Shown here piece by piece: positions 14,526 to 23,723 of a DNA stretch of 35,994 bases. The position numbers and the translations under genes are program-made. Source of the stretch: Candidatus Anoxychlamydiales bacterium. GTDB taxonomy: Bacteria; Chlamydiota; Chlamydiia; Chlamydiales; SM23-39. The stretch's first letter is position 1. The number at the start of each line of letters is the position of its first letter. Location of the stretch: contig JAAKFX010000001.1 of assembly GCA_011064865.1 (NCBI GenBank), forward strand, positions 1-35,994. Reading direction: 5' to 3'. The notes under the pieces are model-generated. The model saw nothing but the letters and a program-made list of their open reading frames with translations. It had not been told where the DNA came from and made no database searches.

Positions 14526-15590
14526 CTATATTTTTTGGAATTTTCTCCCAAAGAATATAGCAAGTAATAAAATTGGAAGCCACATAATTATATGAGGGGC
14601 AGTAGCTGCACTCTCTGCTAATATTAAAACTGAATCCATTATAGTATGAAAGATTACAAAACCGAAAATTGCTAGAGTGCAAATAAAAAAAATGGAGATA
14701 TTTTTTTTAAATGTGATGAGAGGAGGAAAGATTGCTATTACTATTAAGAGAGGAAAAAGCGGCATAGCAAGCTTATAATTTAGATATGATAAAAGTTCAT
14801 TTTTTTCTTTTTTACAGATATTTTTAGCGATAGTTTGTTTATATAGGTTTGAAATAGATCTATTTTCAAGTGGCATAAACATAGTGGTATTTTCATCTAA
14901 TTTAATATCTTTAAATTGATAGGTTTTATAAGATTTTTCTTTTTCAAAAATATTATCTTTTCTAGCTAGATGATCTACATATTTTCCAATTGCTTGAGTG
15001 TCTTTTAAATAGAGATATTTTGCATGCCAAATATCAGATGGTGATTTAATAAAATAGACATCAAAAAGTTTATTATTTGTTAAATCATATCTTTGATAGA
15101 TAAGTTTTGTTGAGTCTTCTAAATAGATAACATTTGGTTCTATTTTTTTTTGGTCTTTTGTTTTTTTGAAAAATTGTTCTTTGAAATTATCTTTAAAATT
15201 TAGCGCTTTAGGATAGAAAAATTCAAAATTTAAAAATGATATTATTGAAAAGATAATAGCTACAATCAAAAAAGGCCTTGCTAGAAGTTTAGCAGAGATT
15301 GCAGCCATTCTAAGAGCTGTAAGCTCGCTATGGATATTCATATCAGATAAAATTTTGATGATAGCTAGCATAAAAGTTAGGGCTAAAAATAAATTCAGCT
15401 GAATAAAAAAAAGATTGAAATAGTATTTGAAAATAAGCTCGATAGATGTTTTTGAGTGTTGAAAAATTTTGGCTCCATGAATTGAGAAGTCAATCACGAT
15501 AACAATGAAAAAAATTGCAGCTAAAAACAATGCAGATAATTTTAAAGTATTGAAAAAGAGTTTTTTTTCCCAGATTTTCGAAAATATCAT
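14526..15590 (-). CDS. LptF/LptG-family (YjgP/YjgQ) LPS export permease, second of pair
   Basis: 354 aa. Three N-terminal TM segments, a soluble middle domain and three C-terminal TM segments. It overlaps the upstream paralog by 4 nt. The F versus G assignment would rest on order only. Confidence 0.75.
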   Translation of the reverse strand: MIFSKIWEKKLFFNTLKLSALFLAAIFFIVIVIDFSIHGAKIFQHSKTSIELIFKYYFNLFFIQLNLFLALTFMLAIIKILSDMNIHSELTALRMAAISAKLLARPFLIVAIIFSIISFLNFEFFYPKALNFKDNFKEQFFKKTKDQKKIEPNVIYLEDSTKLIYQRYDLTNNKLFDVYFIKSPSDIWHAKYLYLKDTQAIGKYVDHLARKDNIFEKEKSYKTYQFKDIKLDENTTMFMPLENRSISNLYKQTIAKNICKKEKNELLSYLNYKLAMPLFPLLIVIAIFPPLITFKKNISIFFICTLAIFGFVIFHTIMDSVLILAESAATAPHIIMWLPILLLAIFFGRKFQKI

Positions 15591-16681
15591 TCAATTCCTT
15601 TTGATGTTTTTTTAAGCTTGTAGCTAGATAATATAATAACGATGATTTGAGGCAATATGTATGCTACAATGGAGAAAAAAGCATAGCGCTTTAAAGCTTT
15701 TCCAAGTGTGAAACTAAGTAAAACAAGCAAGGAAAGAAAGAAGATTCCTAAAATATTTTTTTTGGAATTTGATCGACTTATAGATATCCCAAAACTCGCT
15801 CCTATAAATGTAAAACTAAGCGTGGCGATAGCAAAACAACACCTTCTAGCTATTTCAATATCAGCTCTTTCAAATCTACTTTTTGATTTTTTTTGTTTTG
15901 CTTGCAGAAGAAGCATTTTGAGTGGCATTGAAGAGATGTTCATATCCCACTGTTTTGCTTTAATAAATTGTGTAATAGCATCTGCTTTAGTTGTCATTGA
16001 GAGTTGATTTTCAATCATTAAATTATCAAAGTTTTTTTCTTTATTAGAATTTATATAAGAGATTAAGCTGACATTTTTCCCTATTAAATTATCATTATCG
16101 AGATTTAATTTTTTTGCTGTCAGCATGCAGAGTCTTTCATTAGATTTATTTGGAGTTATCAATAAAATATCTTTAGCTACAAGATCTTTGTTTTGAGTTG
16201 AGATTTCAACATATGAATCTTTTATATTAGACATTTTTTGTCTTCGTTGCAATAAAACTAAGGGATTCATAGAGGTATTTTTATAAAAAAGCTCTTTTGA
16301 TTTATGACGACATCTCGGAGTGAGCTCCGATGATATGTAAAAATTGAGAGTAGAGAGTGCTATAGCTAATAAAAAAAGAGGTGCTAAAACTACTTTTAGT
16401 GATACTCCAGATGCTCTAAAAGCTGTCAACTCATGCATAATCGACATTCTTTGAAAAAGTATAATCATCGATATCAAACATGAAATAGAGATCGCAATCG
16501 GTAGAATGTGAGGGATTTGATATAAAATAAAAAGTATTAAACTAAAAAAATCACTAGCGAGCGTAGCAAAAGTAGCTATTTGTTTGAGCCTTGTAATTAG
16601 AAGAATTGAAATAAATGATAAAATACTTAAAAAAAATACTTTCAAGTACTCTTTAAGTTGGTATTTCCACAAAATAGGCAT
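15587..16681 (-). CDS. LptF/LptG-family (YjgP/YjgQ) LPS export permease, first of pair
   Basis: 364 aa with the same 3TM-soluble-3TM architecture. The block TAFRASGVSL parallels TALRMAAISA in the partner. Confidence 0.75.
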   Translation of the reverse strand: MPILWKYQLKEYLKVFFLSILSFISILLITRLKQIATFATLASDFFSLILFILYQIPHILPIAISISCLISMIILFQRMSIMHELTAFRASGVSLKVVLAPLFLLAIALSTLNFYISSELTPRCRHKSKELFYKNTSMNPLVLLQRRQKMSNIKDSYVEISTQNKDLVAKDILLITPNKSNERLCMLTAKKLNLDNDNLIGKNVSLISYINSNKEKNFDNLMIENQLSMTTKADAITQFIKAKQWDMNISSMPLKMLLLQAKQKKSKSRFERADIEIARRCCFAIATLSFTFIGASFGISISRSNSKKNILGIFFLSLLVLLSFTLGKALKRYAFFSIVAYILPQIIVIILSSYKLKKTSKGIE

Positions 16682-16740
16682 CTAGCAAAAATTCTCATTT
16701 TCTGTTATAATCTTTTTAAGTTTATAAGATTTTAATTTTA

Positions 16741-18048
16741 TTGAGTACTTTTATGCTGGTTAAAAAGTTTAAAATTTTTTTAGATGAACATTTGGATAGT
16801 TCTAAACCAATCCTCTTGGCCTATTCAGGGGGATCGGATTCTTCTTGTTTGCTTAACCTTTTATTGAAGGTTAAAAATGAGTATAAGATCGATCTACACA
16901 TAGCTCATATCGATCATAGTTGGCGCAGAAATAGCGCATTTGAGGCATCTTTAATAAAAGATAGAATGAAAAAACTAAACATTGCATTTCATCTAAAAAA
17001 GCTAAAATTTACTAGTAAAAAAAATTTAGAAAATGAAGCAAGAGATCAAAGATTAAACTTTTTTAAAGTTTTGAATAAAAAACACTCATTTCAAGCTATA
17101 ATATTTGCTCATCATAAAGATGATTTAGCAGAGACTGTTTTAAAAAGATTTCTAGAAGGTGCAAATATTTTTTCGTTAACTTCTATGAAAAAAGTGTCCA
17201 CGTTTGATGATTTAACTATTTTTCGACCTCTTTTAGATGTTAACAAGGATGAGATTTTATCTTTTTTAAAACAAAATAACATTAGCTATTTTGAGGATCC
17301 TACAAATTCAGATACTAAATTTCTACGAGCTAAAATGAGAAAAGATATTTTTCCATATCTACAAGAAAATTTTAATAAACAGATCAAAGATAATTTAGCT
17401 GTATTATCTAGCTATAGCAATGAGCTAAATGAGTATTTAGAGACTAAACTATCTCCTATATTACAAAAAATATCTCACAACTCAATCGGACTATATATAG
17501 ACCTAAATGATATCGATCAAATTTTAGAGCTTCGATTTATTTTAAAAAAAATAGCAATTTTTCAAAAAATAGATTTTTCTCGAAATATTTTAGAAAAAAT
17601 AATAAAAGCTTTGATTCAAAAAAAAGCAAATTTCAAAATTTTTATAAAAAATGCTAATATTTTTGTCGATCGAGGCTACTTGTTTATTATAAATAAAGAG
17701 CTTAAACTACTTAAAAATAAAGCTTTAATTAAGCAAAACCTATTTGATTTCGGGCCTTGGCAGATTAAAATTTCAAAAGTAAAAAAAGCTAAAACAAATA
17801 GTTCTTTTAAAGATCTTTTTTCAGATAAATTAAGCCTATATCTTCCTGAAGATAAGTATTATATATCTAATATTTGCCCAGATAAAAAAGTAAAAAAGCT
17901 TTTCGAAAATTATAAAGTTCCTGCTGTTTTAAGAGCTTTTTGTCCTGTCATATATTCTCAAAACAATAAGGTTTATGAGTTTCTATCTGGCAAGAAAATG
18001 CAATTAAATAATAAAAATATACTCGAAATTGAAATTAAATTAAAATAA
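16741..18048 (+). CDS. tilS: tRNA(Ile)-lysidine synthase
   Basis: 435 aa. PP-loop LLAYSGGSDSSCL, HIDH..R, AHH.DD.AET. TTG at 16741 as listed; an in-frame ATG at 16753 is an alternative start. Confidence 0.85.
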   Translation: MSTFMLVKKFKIFLDEHLDSSKPILLAYSGGSDSSCLLNLLLKVKNEYKIDLHIAHIDHSWRRNSAFEASLIKDRMKKLNIAFHLKKLKFTSKKNLENEARDQRLNFFKVLNKKHSFQAIIFAHHKDDLAETVLKRFLEGANIFSLTSMKKVSTFDDLTIFRPLLDVNKDEILSFLKQNNISYFEDPTNSDTKFLRAKMRKDIFPYLQENFNKQIKDNLAVLSSYSNELNEYLETKLSPILQKISHNSIGLYIDLNDIDQILELRFILKKIAIFQKIDFSRNILEKIIKALIQKKANFKIFIKNANIFVDRGYLFIINKELKLLKNKALIKQNLFDFGPWQIKISKVKKAKTNSSFKDLFSDKLSLYLPEDKYYISNICPDKKVKKLFENYKVPAVLRAFCPVIYSQNNKVYEFLSGKKMQLNNKNILEIEIKLK

Positions 18049-18199
18049 ACTTTCAAAAAATGTAATAAGTTTGTTATAAAGCAGAAATAAGAAGAGGTAT
18101 AGTTTTATTTAGGCTATATGCCTTTACAAAATAGCTTAAAAATGATTTAATTTTATCTTCTAAGGTGTTGAAAATTAATATAAATTATAAGAGTTTTTT

Positions 18200-20932
18200 A
18201 TGAATGATAATAGAAATCCTAAAGAACCAAGAAAAGGTTTTCCAGGCGGCTTTTTACTATTTGTTGTAGCTGTGATTTTAATTATTTTAACTGTCCAAAC
18301 ACTTACTAGTGAGAAGGCAGGAAAAGTATCATTTTCACATCAATTAGAACATTTAGTGAATTTAGACCTTGTTAAACCAGAGAATAATAAAAAGATTGCT
18401 CAAAATGATAATTTGGTTACATTTTCATCGAAGTTTAGAGATACAGAGACTCAAGATGGTCAAAAGAGATTTAATTATTTAACTCTATTAAATCAAAAAC
18501 ATGATTTAACAGCTCAAGATGAGCAGCTATCATCAGAGCTAACTACTCTTAAAAGCAATGTTGTAAAATCTGCTCAGTGGTTTTTATTCATATCTGGTAT
18601 AGATGCTATGGAATCTAATTTTAGTGTTGTTAGCACCGCATATGATACAGAAAACAGACAAAACTCAATTGTGATATCAGATTTAGCTTCAAAAGATTCT
18701 CCAAATTTAAAAACTTTAAAAGAGCAATTTGTTTGGGTTAAACACAACCCATCTTTAGATAATACTAATAAGATGCATAAAGATTTAACGGCCTTAGTAG
18801 ATACTTATAGATCTGCTAAAATAGGAATTGGATCTGAGTCTATAAAACAAAGTTTAAAAAAGACATCTCAAGATTTAGCATCTATTGACTCAAGTGCAGC
18901 TCTATCTCAAAGAATTTCAATATTTAACTCATCTATTAATTCATTAAATATGATGGTTCAAGAAATTACTCAAAATCAAGATGGCGTAAGACTTTTGCAA
19001 CTTAGATCAGTTAGAGCATATTTAGAGACTTTAGATCGTTCTAATGTACTACAAGGTGAGCTAGATAAAAACTCTTCGCTTTTGACAAATGCTAGACAAA
19101 AAGTTGCAGCTGATTTTTGGTTTTTTAATAACCAAGAGATCTCAACTAAAGCATTAGAAAAGCAAGATCCAGATACATTTTCACATTGGTATTCATCTGC
19201 TAAAAAAGAATGGGTAGCTTTTGCTAATAATAAAGGTCTCGCTATAAAAGCTGCAGATCAGCCTAGAAATTTAGTTTTAGAAAAACAATTTACCTCTCAA
19301 GAGCAAACAACTAACTACTTTAACTATATATTTACATTCTTACCAATCGTTATCGTTGTCCTGCTTCTATATTATCTATTTTCTCGTCAGATGAAAGGAG
19401 CCGGATCTTCTGCTATGAATTTTGGAAAATCTCCAGCAAAACTACTCACAAAAGAGACTAATAAGATAACTTTTAATGATGTAGCTGGTGCTGAGGAGGC
19501 TAAAGAAGAGTTAGAAGAGATTGTAGAATTTTTAAGAGATCCACAAAAATTTACAACTTTAGGTGCGAGAATTCCGAAAGGAGTTTTACTAGTAGGGCCT
19601 CCTGGTACTGGAAAAACTTTAGTTGCTAAAGCTGTAGCTGGAGAAGCCGATCGTCCATTTTACTCGATTTCAGGATCTGATTTTGTTGAAATGTTTGTCG
19701 GAGTGGGAGCCTCTAGAGTTAGAGATCTTTTTGAACAAGCTAAAAAAAATGCACCTTGTATCATATTTATGGATGAGATCGATGCTGTTGGAAGACATAG
19801 AGGCTCTGGAATAGGTGGTGGCCACGATGAAAGAGAGCAGACTTTAAATCAACTGCTAGTTGAGATGGATGGTTTTGATACCAAAGAAGGCGTTATCTTA
19901 ATGGCAGCGACAAATAGACCTGACATATTAGATAAAGCTCTTTTAAGACCTGGTAGATTTGATAGAAGAGTGATGTTAGATCTTCCAGATGTGAAAGGAA
20001 GATATGAGATTTTAAAAGTTCATGCTAGAAAAATTAAAATAGATCCTAGCGTAAATCTTATGGATATAGCTAAATCAACACCAGGATCTTCAGGTGCTGA
20101 TTTAGAAAATATATTAAATGAAGCAGCACTTGCAGCTGCTAGAAAAAATAGAAAAGCTGTGACTTCTCAAGAAACCATAGAAGCTTGTGATAAAGTAAGA
20201 TTTGGAAAAGAGAGAAGAAGCTTAGAGATGGATGAAAATGAGAAAAAAACTACAGCATATCATGAATCTGGTCATGCTATAGTTGGTCTTGTTGTAAAAC
20301 ATGCGGATCCAGTTGAGAAAGTAACAATTATTCCTCGAGGATTTTCTCTTGGTGCTACACACTTTATGCCTCAAAAAAATAGATTAAATTACTGGAAGAG
20401 AGAAGTTCTAGATCAATTAGCTATTTGTATGGGAGGAAGAGTGTCTGAAGAGATATTTTTAGATGATATGTCATCAGGTGCCCAGCAAGATATAGCACAA
20501 GCTACTAAACTTGCAAGAGCAATGGTTTGTGAATGGGGGATGAGCGATGCTTTAGGAAAAGTAACTTATGATGATAATAATGGTAATAATAGATATTTAG
20601 GATTTCAAGGATCTCAAGAAAAATCATATTCCGATGAGACAGCAAAACTTATCGATAAAGAGGTAAAAGAGCTTTTAGAGTCTGCATATAAAGCAGCTGT
20701 TAAAATTGTAGAAGATAATAAAGATAAAGTTGATCTTATGGCTAAATCTTTAATAAAATTTGAAACTCTAAATGCTGAAGATGTCGCAGAGATAATGAAA
20801 GGAACTTTCGATGAGAAGAAAAAAGACGAAAGATTGAAAATTGCAGATGATTTACAAAAAAAACCACCACCACCACCACCTATTGAAGAGAGACCAACCC
20901 CAAAAGATGGGCCGACTCCTCAAGAAGCTTAA
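18200..20932 (+). CDS. ftsH: ATP-dependent zinc metalloprotease FtsH with long periplasmic insert
   Basis: 910 aa. TM1 ([15 protein letters not shown]), about 330-aa insert, TM2 ([18 protein letters not shown]), Walker A GPPGTGKT, Walker [32 protein letters not shown], zinc site HESGHA, and a Pro-rich tail. Confidence 0.96.
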   Translation: MNDNRNPKEPRKGFPGGFLLFVVAVILIILTVQTLTSEKAGKVSFSHQLEHLVNLDLVKPENNKKIAQNDNLVTFSSKFRDTETQDGQKRFNYLTLLNQKHDLTAQDEQLSSELTTLKSNVVKSAQWFLFISGIDAMESNFSVVSTAYDTENRQNSIVISDLASKDSPNLKTLKEQFVWVKHNPSLDNTNKMHKDLTALVDTYRSAKIGIGSESIKQSLKKTSQDLASIDSSAALSQRISIFNSSINSLNMMVQEITQNQDGVRLLQLRSVRAYLETLDRSNVLQGELDKNSSLLTNARQKVAADFWFFNNQEISTKALEKQDPDTFSHWYSSAKKEWVAFANNKGLAIKAADQPRNLVLEKQFTSQEQTTNYFNYIFTFLPIVIVVLLLYYLFSRQMKGAGSSAMNFGKSPAKLLTKETNKITFNDVAGAEEAKEELEEIVEFLRDPQKFTTLGARIPKGVLLVGPPGTGKTLVAKAVAGEADRPFYSISGSDFVEMFVGVGASRVRDLFEQAKKNAPCIIFMDEIDAVGRHRGSGIGGGHDEREQTLNQLLVEMDGFDTKEGVILMAATNRPDILDKALLRPGRFDRRVMLDLPDVKGRYEILKVHARKIKIDPSVNLMDIAKSTPGSSGADLENILNEAALAAARKNRKAVTSQETIEACDKVRFGKERRSLEMDENEKKTTAYHESGHAIVGLVVKHADPVEKVTIIPRGFSLGATHFMPQKNRLNYWKREVLDQLAICMGGRVSEEIFLDDMSSGAQQDIAQATKLARAMVCEWGMSDALGKVTYDDNNGNNRYLGFQGSQEKSYSDETAKLIDKEVKELLESAYKAAVKIVEDNKDKVDLMAKSLIKFETLNAEDVAEIMKGTFDEKKKDERLKIADDLQKKPPPPPPIEERPTPKDGPTPQEA

Positions 20933-21080
20933 AAAAATAAATTGCTTTTGAGTTTATCTTAGAAAAAATAAATGTAATAATTAAAATTTAATATTGATAT
21001 TCTAAGTAGTTCTTGTTATATTATTAAAGTTTTTTTTGAATTGGTATCTTTTATTATCATTTTATTATAAAATTTGTTAC

Positions 21081-21091
21081 AATAATTGCAT
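21081..21091 (+). promoter_or_regulatory. conserved AATAATTGCAT box, 34 nt upstream of the start codon (copy 1 of 3)
   Basis: The identical 11-mer lies at the identical distance (box start 34 nt before ATG) upstream of all three ankyrin paralogs. Confidence 0.4.
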
Positions 21092-21114
21092 CTAAATAAT
21101 AAAAAAGTGATTTT

Positions 21115-22185
21115 ATGGCTTCAAAAGTAATTGGGTTAATTTTTATACCTTTCAAAAGTTCTGCTTCTACAAAAGATGATAATTCTATTGATAGATCAGC
21201 AAAAAAGATTAATAAATGGGCTGTTTTAAGTACTGTTTTTTTGATATTAGGAGTAGCAGCTACTACTGTAGGAACTTTAGGTGTTTTTAATATTTTTATC
21301 GCAACTACTTTAGTCTCTTCAAAGCTAATCTCAGCATTAGGTATTTCATCATTTGCTTTATCAATTTTATCTTTTTATAAATTTTCTAAAACAAACTCAA
21401 GTATAGATAATATACAAAACTTGCAACAATCAAATAAGGTATCAAAAACAGCCGAAGGTGCAAATAATAAATCAAAAAAGGTTTCAGATAATGCTAAAAG
21501 AACAGAAGAATTAAAAAAAACTCCTATAGTGGGGATGGTTGATGATGTCGAAGATTCTAAAGCTTTGTTAGAAGACGGAGTAAAAATTGATAATGAGTTA
21601 ACTCAAATAGCTTTTCATACAATTTATCATGACATTTTTGAAGAAGTTAGAAAGACAAATTCACAATTTGCTGATTCAGTAAAAAGAATTTCTGAAATAA
21701 AGCCTGATAGAAAATGGATAGATTTGATTAAAGCTGTAAGAGAGGGCAATCTCGCTGAAGTTGAAAGTTTGATAAAAGACCGAGTTGAAATAAATAAAAA
21801 AGATATCAAAGGTAGAACACCTTTAATATGGGCAACAATACATAATAAAACAGATGTAGCTATATCTTTAATTAGAAATGGAGCTTATGTAGATCTACTT
21901 GATACACTTGGCCTGCCCGCAATATTTTGGGCGATATTAAATGATAACAAAAAAATAATTGAAGCTTTATTACAAAAAACTAGTTTTGATTCAACTCAAA
22001 AAAAAATCTTAGCAATGTTTGCTTTATTACTTGAGCACAATGAAATTGTTCAAATGTTTGGAAAACTTAGATTTTATGAATCTTGGATAGTAAAATTATG
22101 TAGAAAAATAATGTTAGATCCTTCAAATTCTCAAAGCAATGCTAATAAAATTATGAAAATGTTACGAATACTGAAAGTTCAATAA
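21115..22185 (+). CDS. Inc-like membrane protein with ankyrin repeats (paralog 1, most diverged)
   Basis: 356 aa. MASKV N-terminus, about 54-aa bilobed hydrophobic domain (WAVLSTVFLILGVAATTVGTLGVFNIFIATTLVSSKLISALGISSFALSILSF, about aa 35-88), then ANK repeats (LIKAVREGNLAEVESLIK...GRTPLIWATIHNKTDVAISLIRNGAYVD...). Confidence 0.7.
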   Translation: MASKVIGLIFIPFKSSASTKDDNSIDRSAKKINKWAVLSTVFLILGVAATTVGTLGVFNIFIATTLVSSKLISALGISSFALSILSFYKFSKTNSSIDNIQNLQQSNKVSKTAEGANNKSKKVSDNAKRTEELKKTPIVGMVDDVEDSKALLEDGVKIDNELTQIAFHTIYHDIFEEVRKTNSQFADSVKRISEIKPDRKWIDLIKAVREGNLAEVESLIKDRVEINKKDIKGRTPLIWATIHNKTDVAISLIRNGAYVDLLDTLGLPAIFWAILNDNKKIIEALLQKTSFDSTQKKILAMFALLLEHNEIVQMFGKLRFYESWIVKLCRKIMLDPSNSQSNANKIMKMLRILKVQ

Positions 22186-22210
22186 ATTTTTTCTATTATC
22201 AAGGCTTTGA

Positions 22211-22444
22211 TTCGAAAAATGTTCAGCTTTAATATATGCTGCAAGAAAGGTCATAAAGATATTGTGTTAGTGTGAACAAAGAAGGGCGCATATATCTAAT
22301 GGAAAAAGTAAAAAAGGCAAAACAGCTATAGAAATTGCAAAAAAACGAGGCTTTATAGATATTGTCAAAATTTTAGAAGAAAAAAATACTTGGAAGAATC
22401 TTATATCCGGAAAATTTAAAAGGATTCTCGGATTAAATCCTTAG
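22211..22444 (+). pseudogene. decayed 3' fragment of an ankyrin-repeat gene
   Basis: Reading across frames gives ..SALIYAARK/GHKDIVLV*TKKGAYI/NGKSKKGKTAIEIAKKRGFIDIVKILEEKNTW...NP*. That is two ANK repeats interrupted by a 1-nt deletion near 22246, an in-frame TGA at 22273 and a 1-nt insertion near 22297. It has no start codon and no N-terminal module. Confidence 0.65.
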
Positions 22445-22507
22445 AAAAATAAATATATAATTAAAATGTTATACGTATATTTTTTCAAAAAAAACTTTTC
22501 ATATAGT

Positions 22508-22858
22508 CAATACATTTCTTGAATTGTCTTGTTCTAGTATAATTTTATGTGAAGATTTGCTATAATAATTGCATTAAAAAAAATAAAAGGGGATTTTATG
22601 GCTTCCAAAGTATGTAGTTTATTTTTTAAAGCAAATAGCTCTGATTCTACACAAAGAGATAACCCTACTGATAAAGTAGCAAAAAAAATCAATTATTGGG
22701 CTGTTGCTAGCGCTATTTTTTTAATAGCAGGAGCTGCAGCTACTACTGTTGGAGCAATTATCATTTCAAAAATTATATTGATATCTGGTATTTCATTTTT
22801 GGCATTGTCACTTTTAGCTTCTGTTAAAGCATCGAAAGTAAATTCAAGTGCTCAAGAT
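22508..22858 (+). repeat. duplicated 5' module (upstream region plus first 87 codons), copy A
   Basis: Aligns colinearly and without indels to 23373..23723. In the 261-nt coding part I count about 18 mismatches by hand. The upstream about 90 nt is less similar but shares TTTCTTGAATT and AATAATTGCATTAAAAAAAATAAAAG. Confidence 0.85.
22564..22574 (+). promoter_or_regulatory. conserved AATAATTGCAT box (copy 2 of 3)
   Basis: Box start is 34 nt before the ATG at 22598. Confidence 0.4.
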
Positions 22859-23278
22859 AAAGCCCCTAAAGATTCAGAAGTTGATGCATCAAAAACAGCA
22901 ACACCTAAAAAATATGACCCTACTGATCCTGAAACAATCCAAAATCATTTTCAGAGTGCAGTTTTATTAAATAATATTGAAGGAGTTAAAGAATTAATAA
23001 AAAAAGGAGCTGATGTAAACAAGCCAAAAGATAGAGATGGACAAAAACCTTTAATGATAGCTACTCAAAATGGTTATACTCAGATAATGGAAATTTTGAT
23101 AGCAAATGGAGCGAATGTAAATGCAAAAGATAATGAGGGAGTAACTGCTTTAATGTATGCAGTAAGAAATGGCCATGAAGATATTGTTTTAAAATTAATA
23201 AAAAAAGGTGCAGATATAGATGCAAAAGATAATGAAGGTAGAACTGCAAATTTGAAAACTATGCTTTTAGAAAAATAA
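22598..23278 (+). CDS. Inc-like membrane protein with ankyrin repeats (paralog 2)
   Basis: 226 aa. MASKVCSLFFK N-terminus, bilobed hydrophobic domain (YWAVASAIFLIAGAAATTVGAIIISKIILISGISFLALSLLASV), and about 3.5 canonical ANK repeats (GADVNKPKDRDGQKPLMIATQNGYTQIMEILIANGANVNAKDNEGVTALMYAVRNGHEDIVLKLIKKGADIDAKDNEGRTA). Confidence 0.82.
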   Translation: MASKVCSLFFKANSSDSTQRDNPTDKVAKKINYWAVASAIFLIAGAAATTVGAIIISKIILISGISFLALSLLASVKASKVNSSAQDKAPKDSEVDASKTATPKKYDPTDPETIQNHFQSAVLLNNIEGVKELIKKGADVNKPKDRDGQKPLMIATQNGYTQIMEILIANGANVNAKDNEGVTALMYAVRNGHEDIVLKLIKKGADIDAKDNEGRTANLKTMLLEK

Positions 23279-23372
23279 TATCTTGATTTCTTATCATTAA
23301 AAAAAAACACCACATTTTTCTTTGATATTACTAATTTTTCTTTTCAATCTAATAATATAATTATCGATTCAC

Positions 23373-23723
23373 CAATATATTTCTTGAATTTCTTTATTTT
23401 AGTAGGATGTTATACAAAGATTTGTTTGAATAATTGCATTAAAAAAAATAAAAGAGGATTTTATGGCTTCCAAGGTATGTAGTTTATTTTTTAAACCAAA
23501 TAGCTCTGATTCTACACAAAATGATAGCTCTACTGATAAAGTAGCAAAAAAAATCAATTATTGGGCTGTTGCTAGCGCTATTTTTTTAATAACAGGAGCT
23601 GCAGCAACTACTGTTGGAGTAATTATCATTTCAAAAATTATATTAGTATCTGGTATTACATCTTTAGCATTATCTATTTTAGCTTCTGTTAAAGCATTGA
23701 AAGTAAATTCAAGTGCTCAAGAT
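23373..23723 (+). repeat. duplicated 5' module, copy B
   Basis: See 22508..22858. Confidence 0.85.
23429..23439 (+). promoter_or_regulatory. conserved AATAATTGCAT box (copy 3 of 3)
   Basis: Box start is 34 nt before the ATG at 23463. Confidence 0.4.

Noticed and set aside
20864-20881. (CCA)5CCT trinucleotide repeat at the ftsH 3' end as a possible contingency locus
   Set aside because: Slippage would be in frame, changing only the Pro count, in an unstructured tail. There is no evidence of phase variation.
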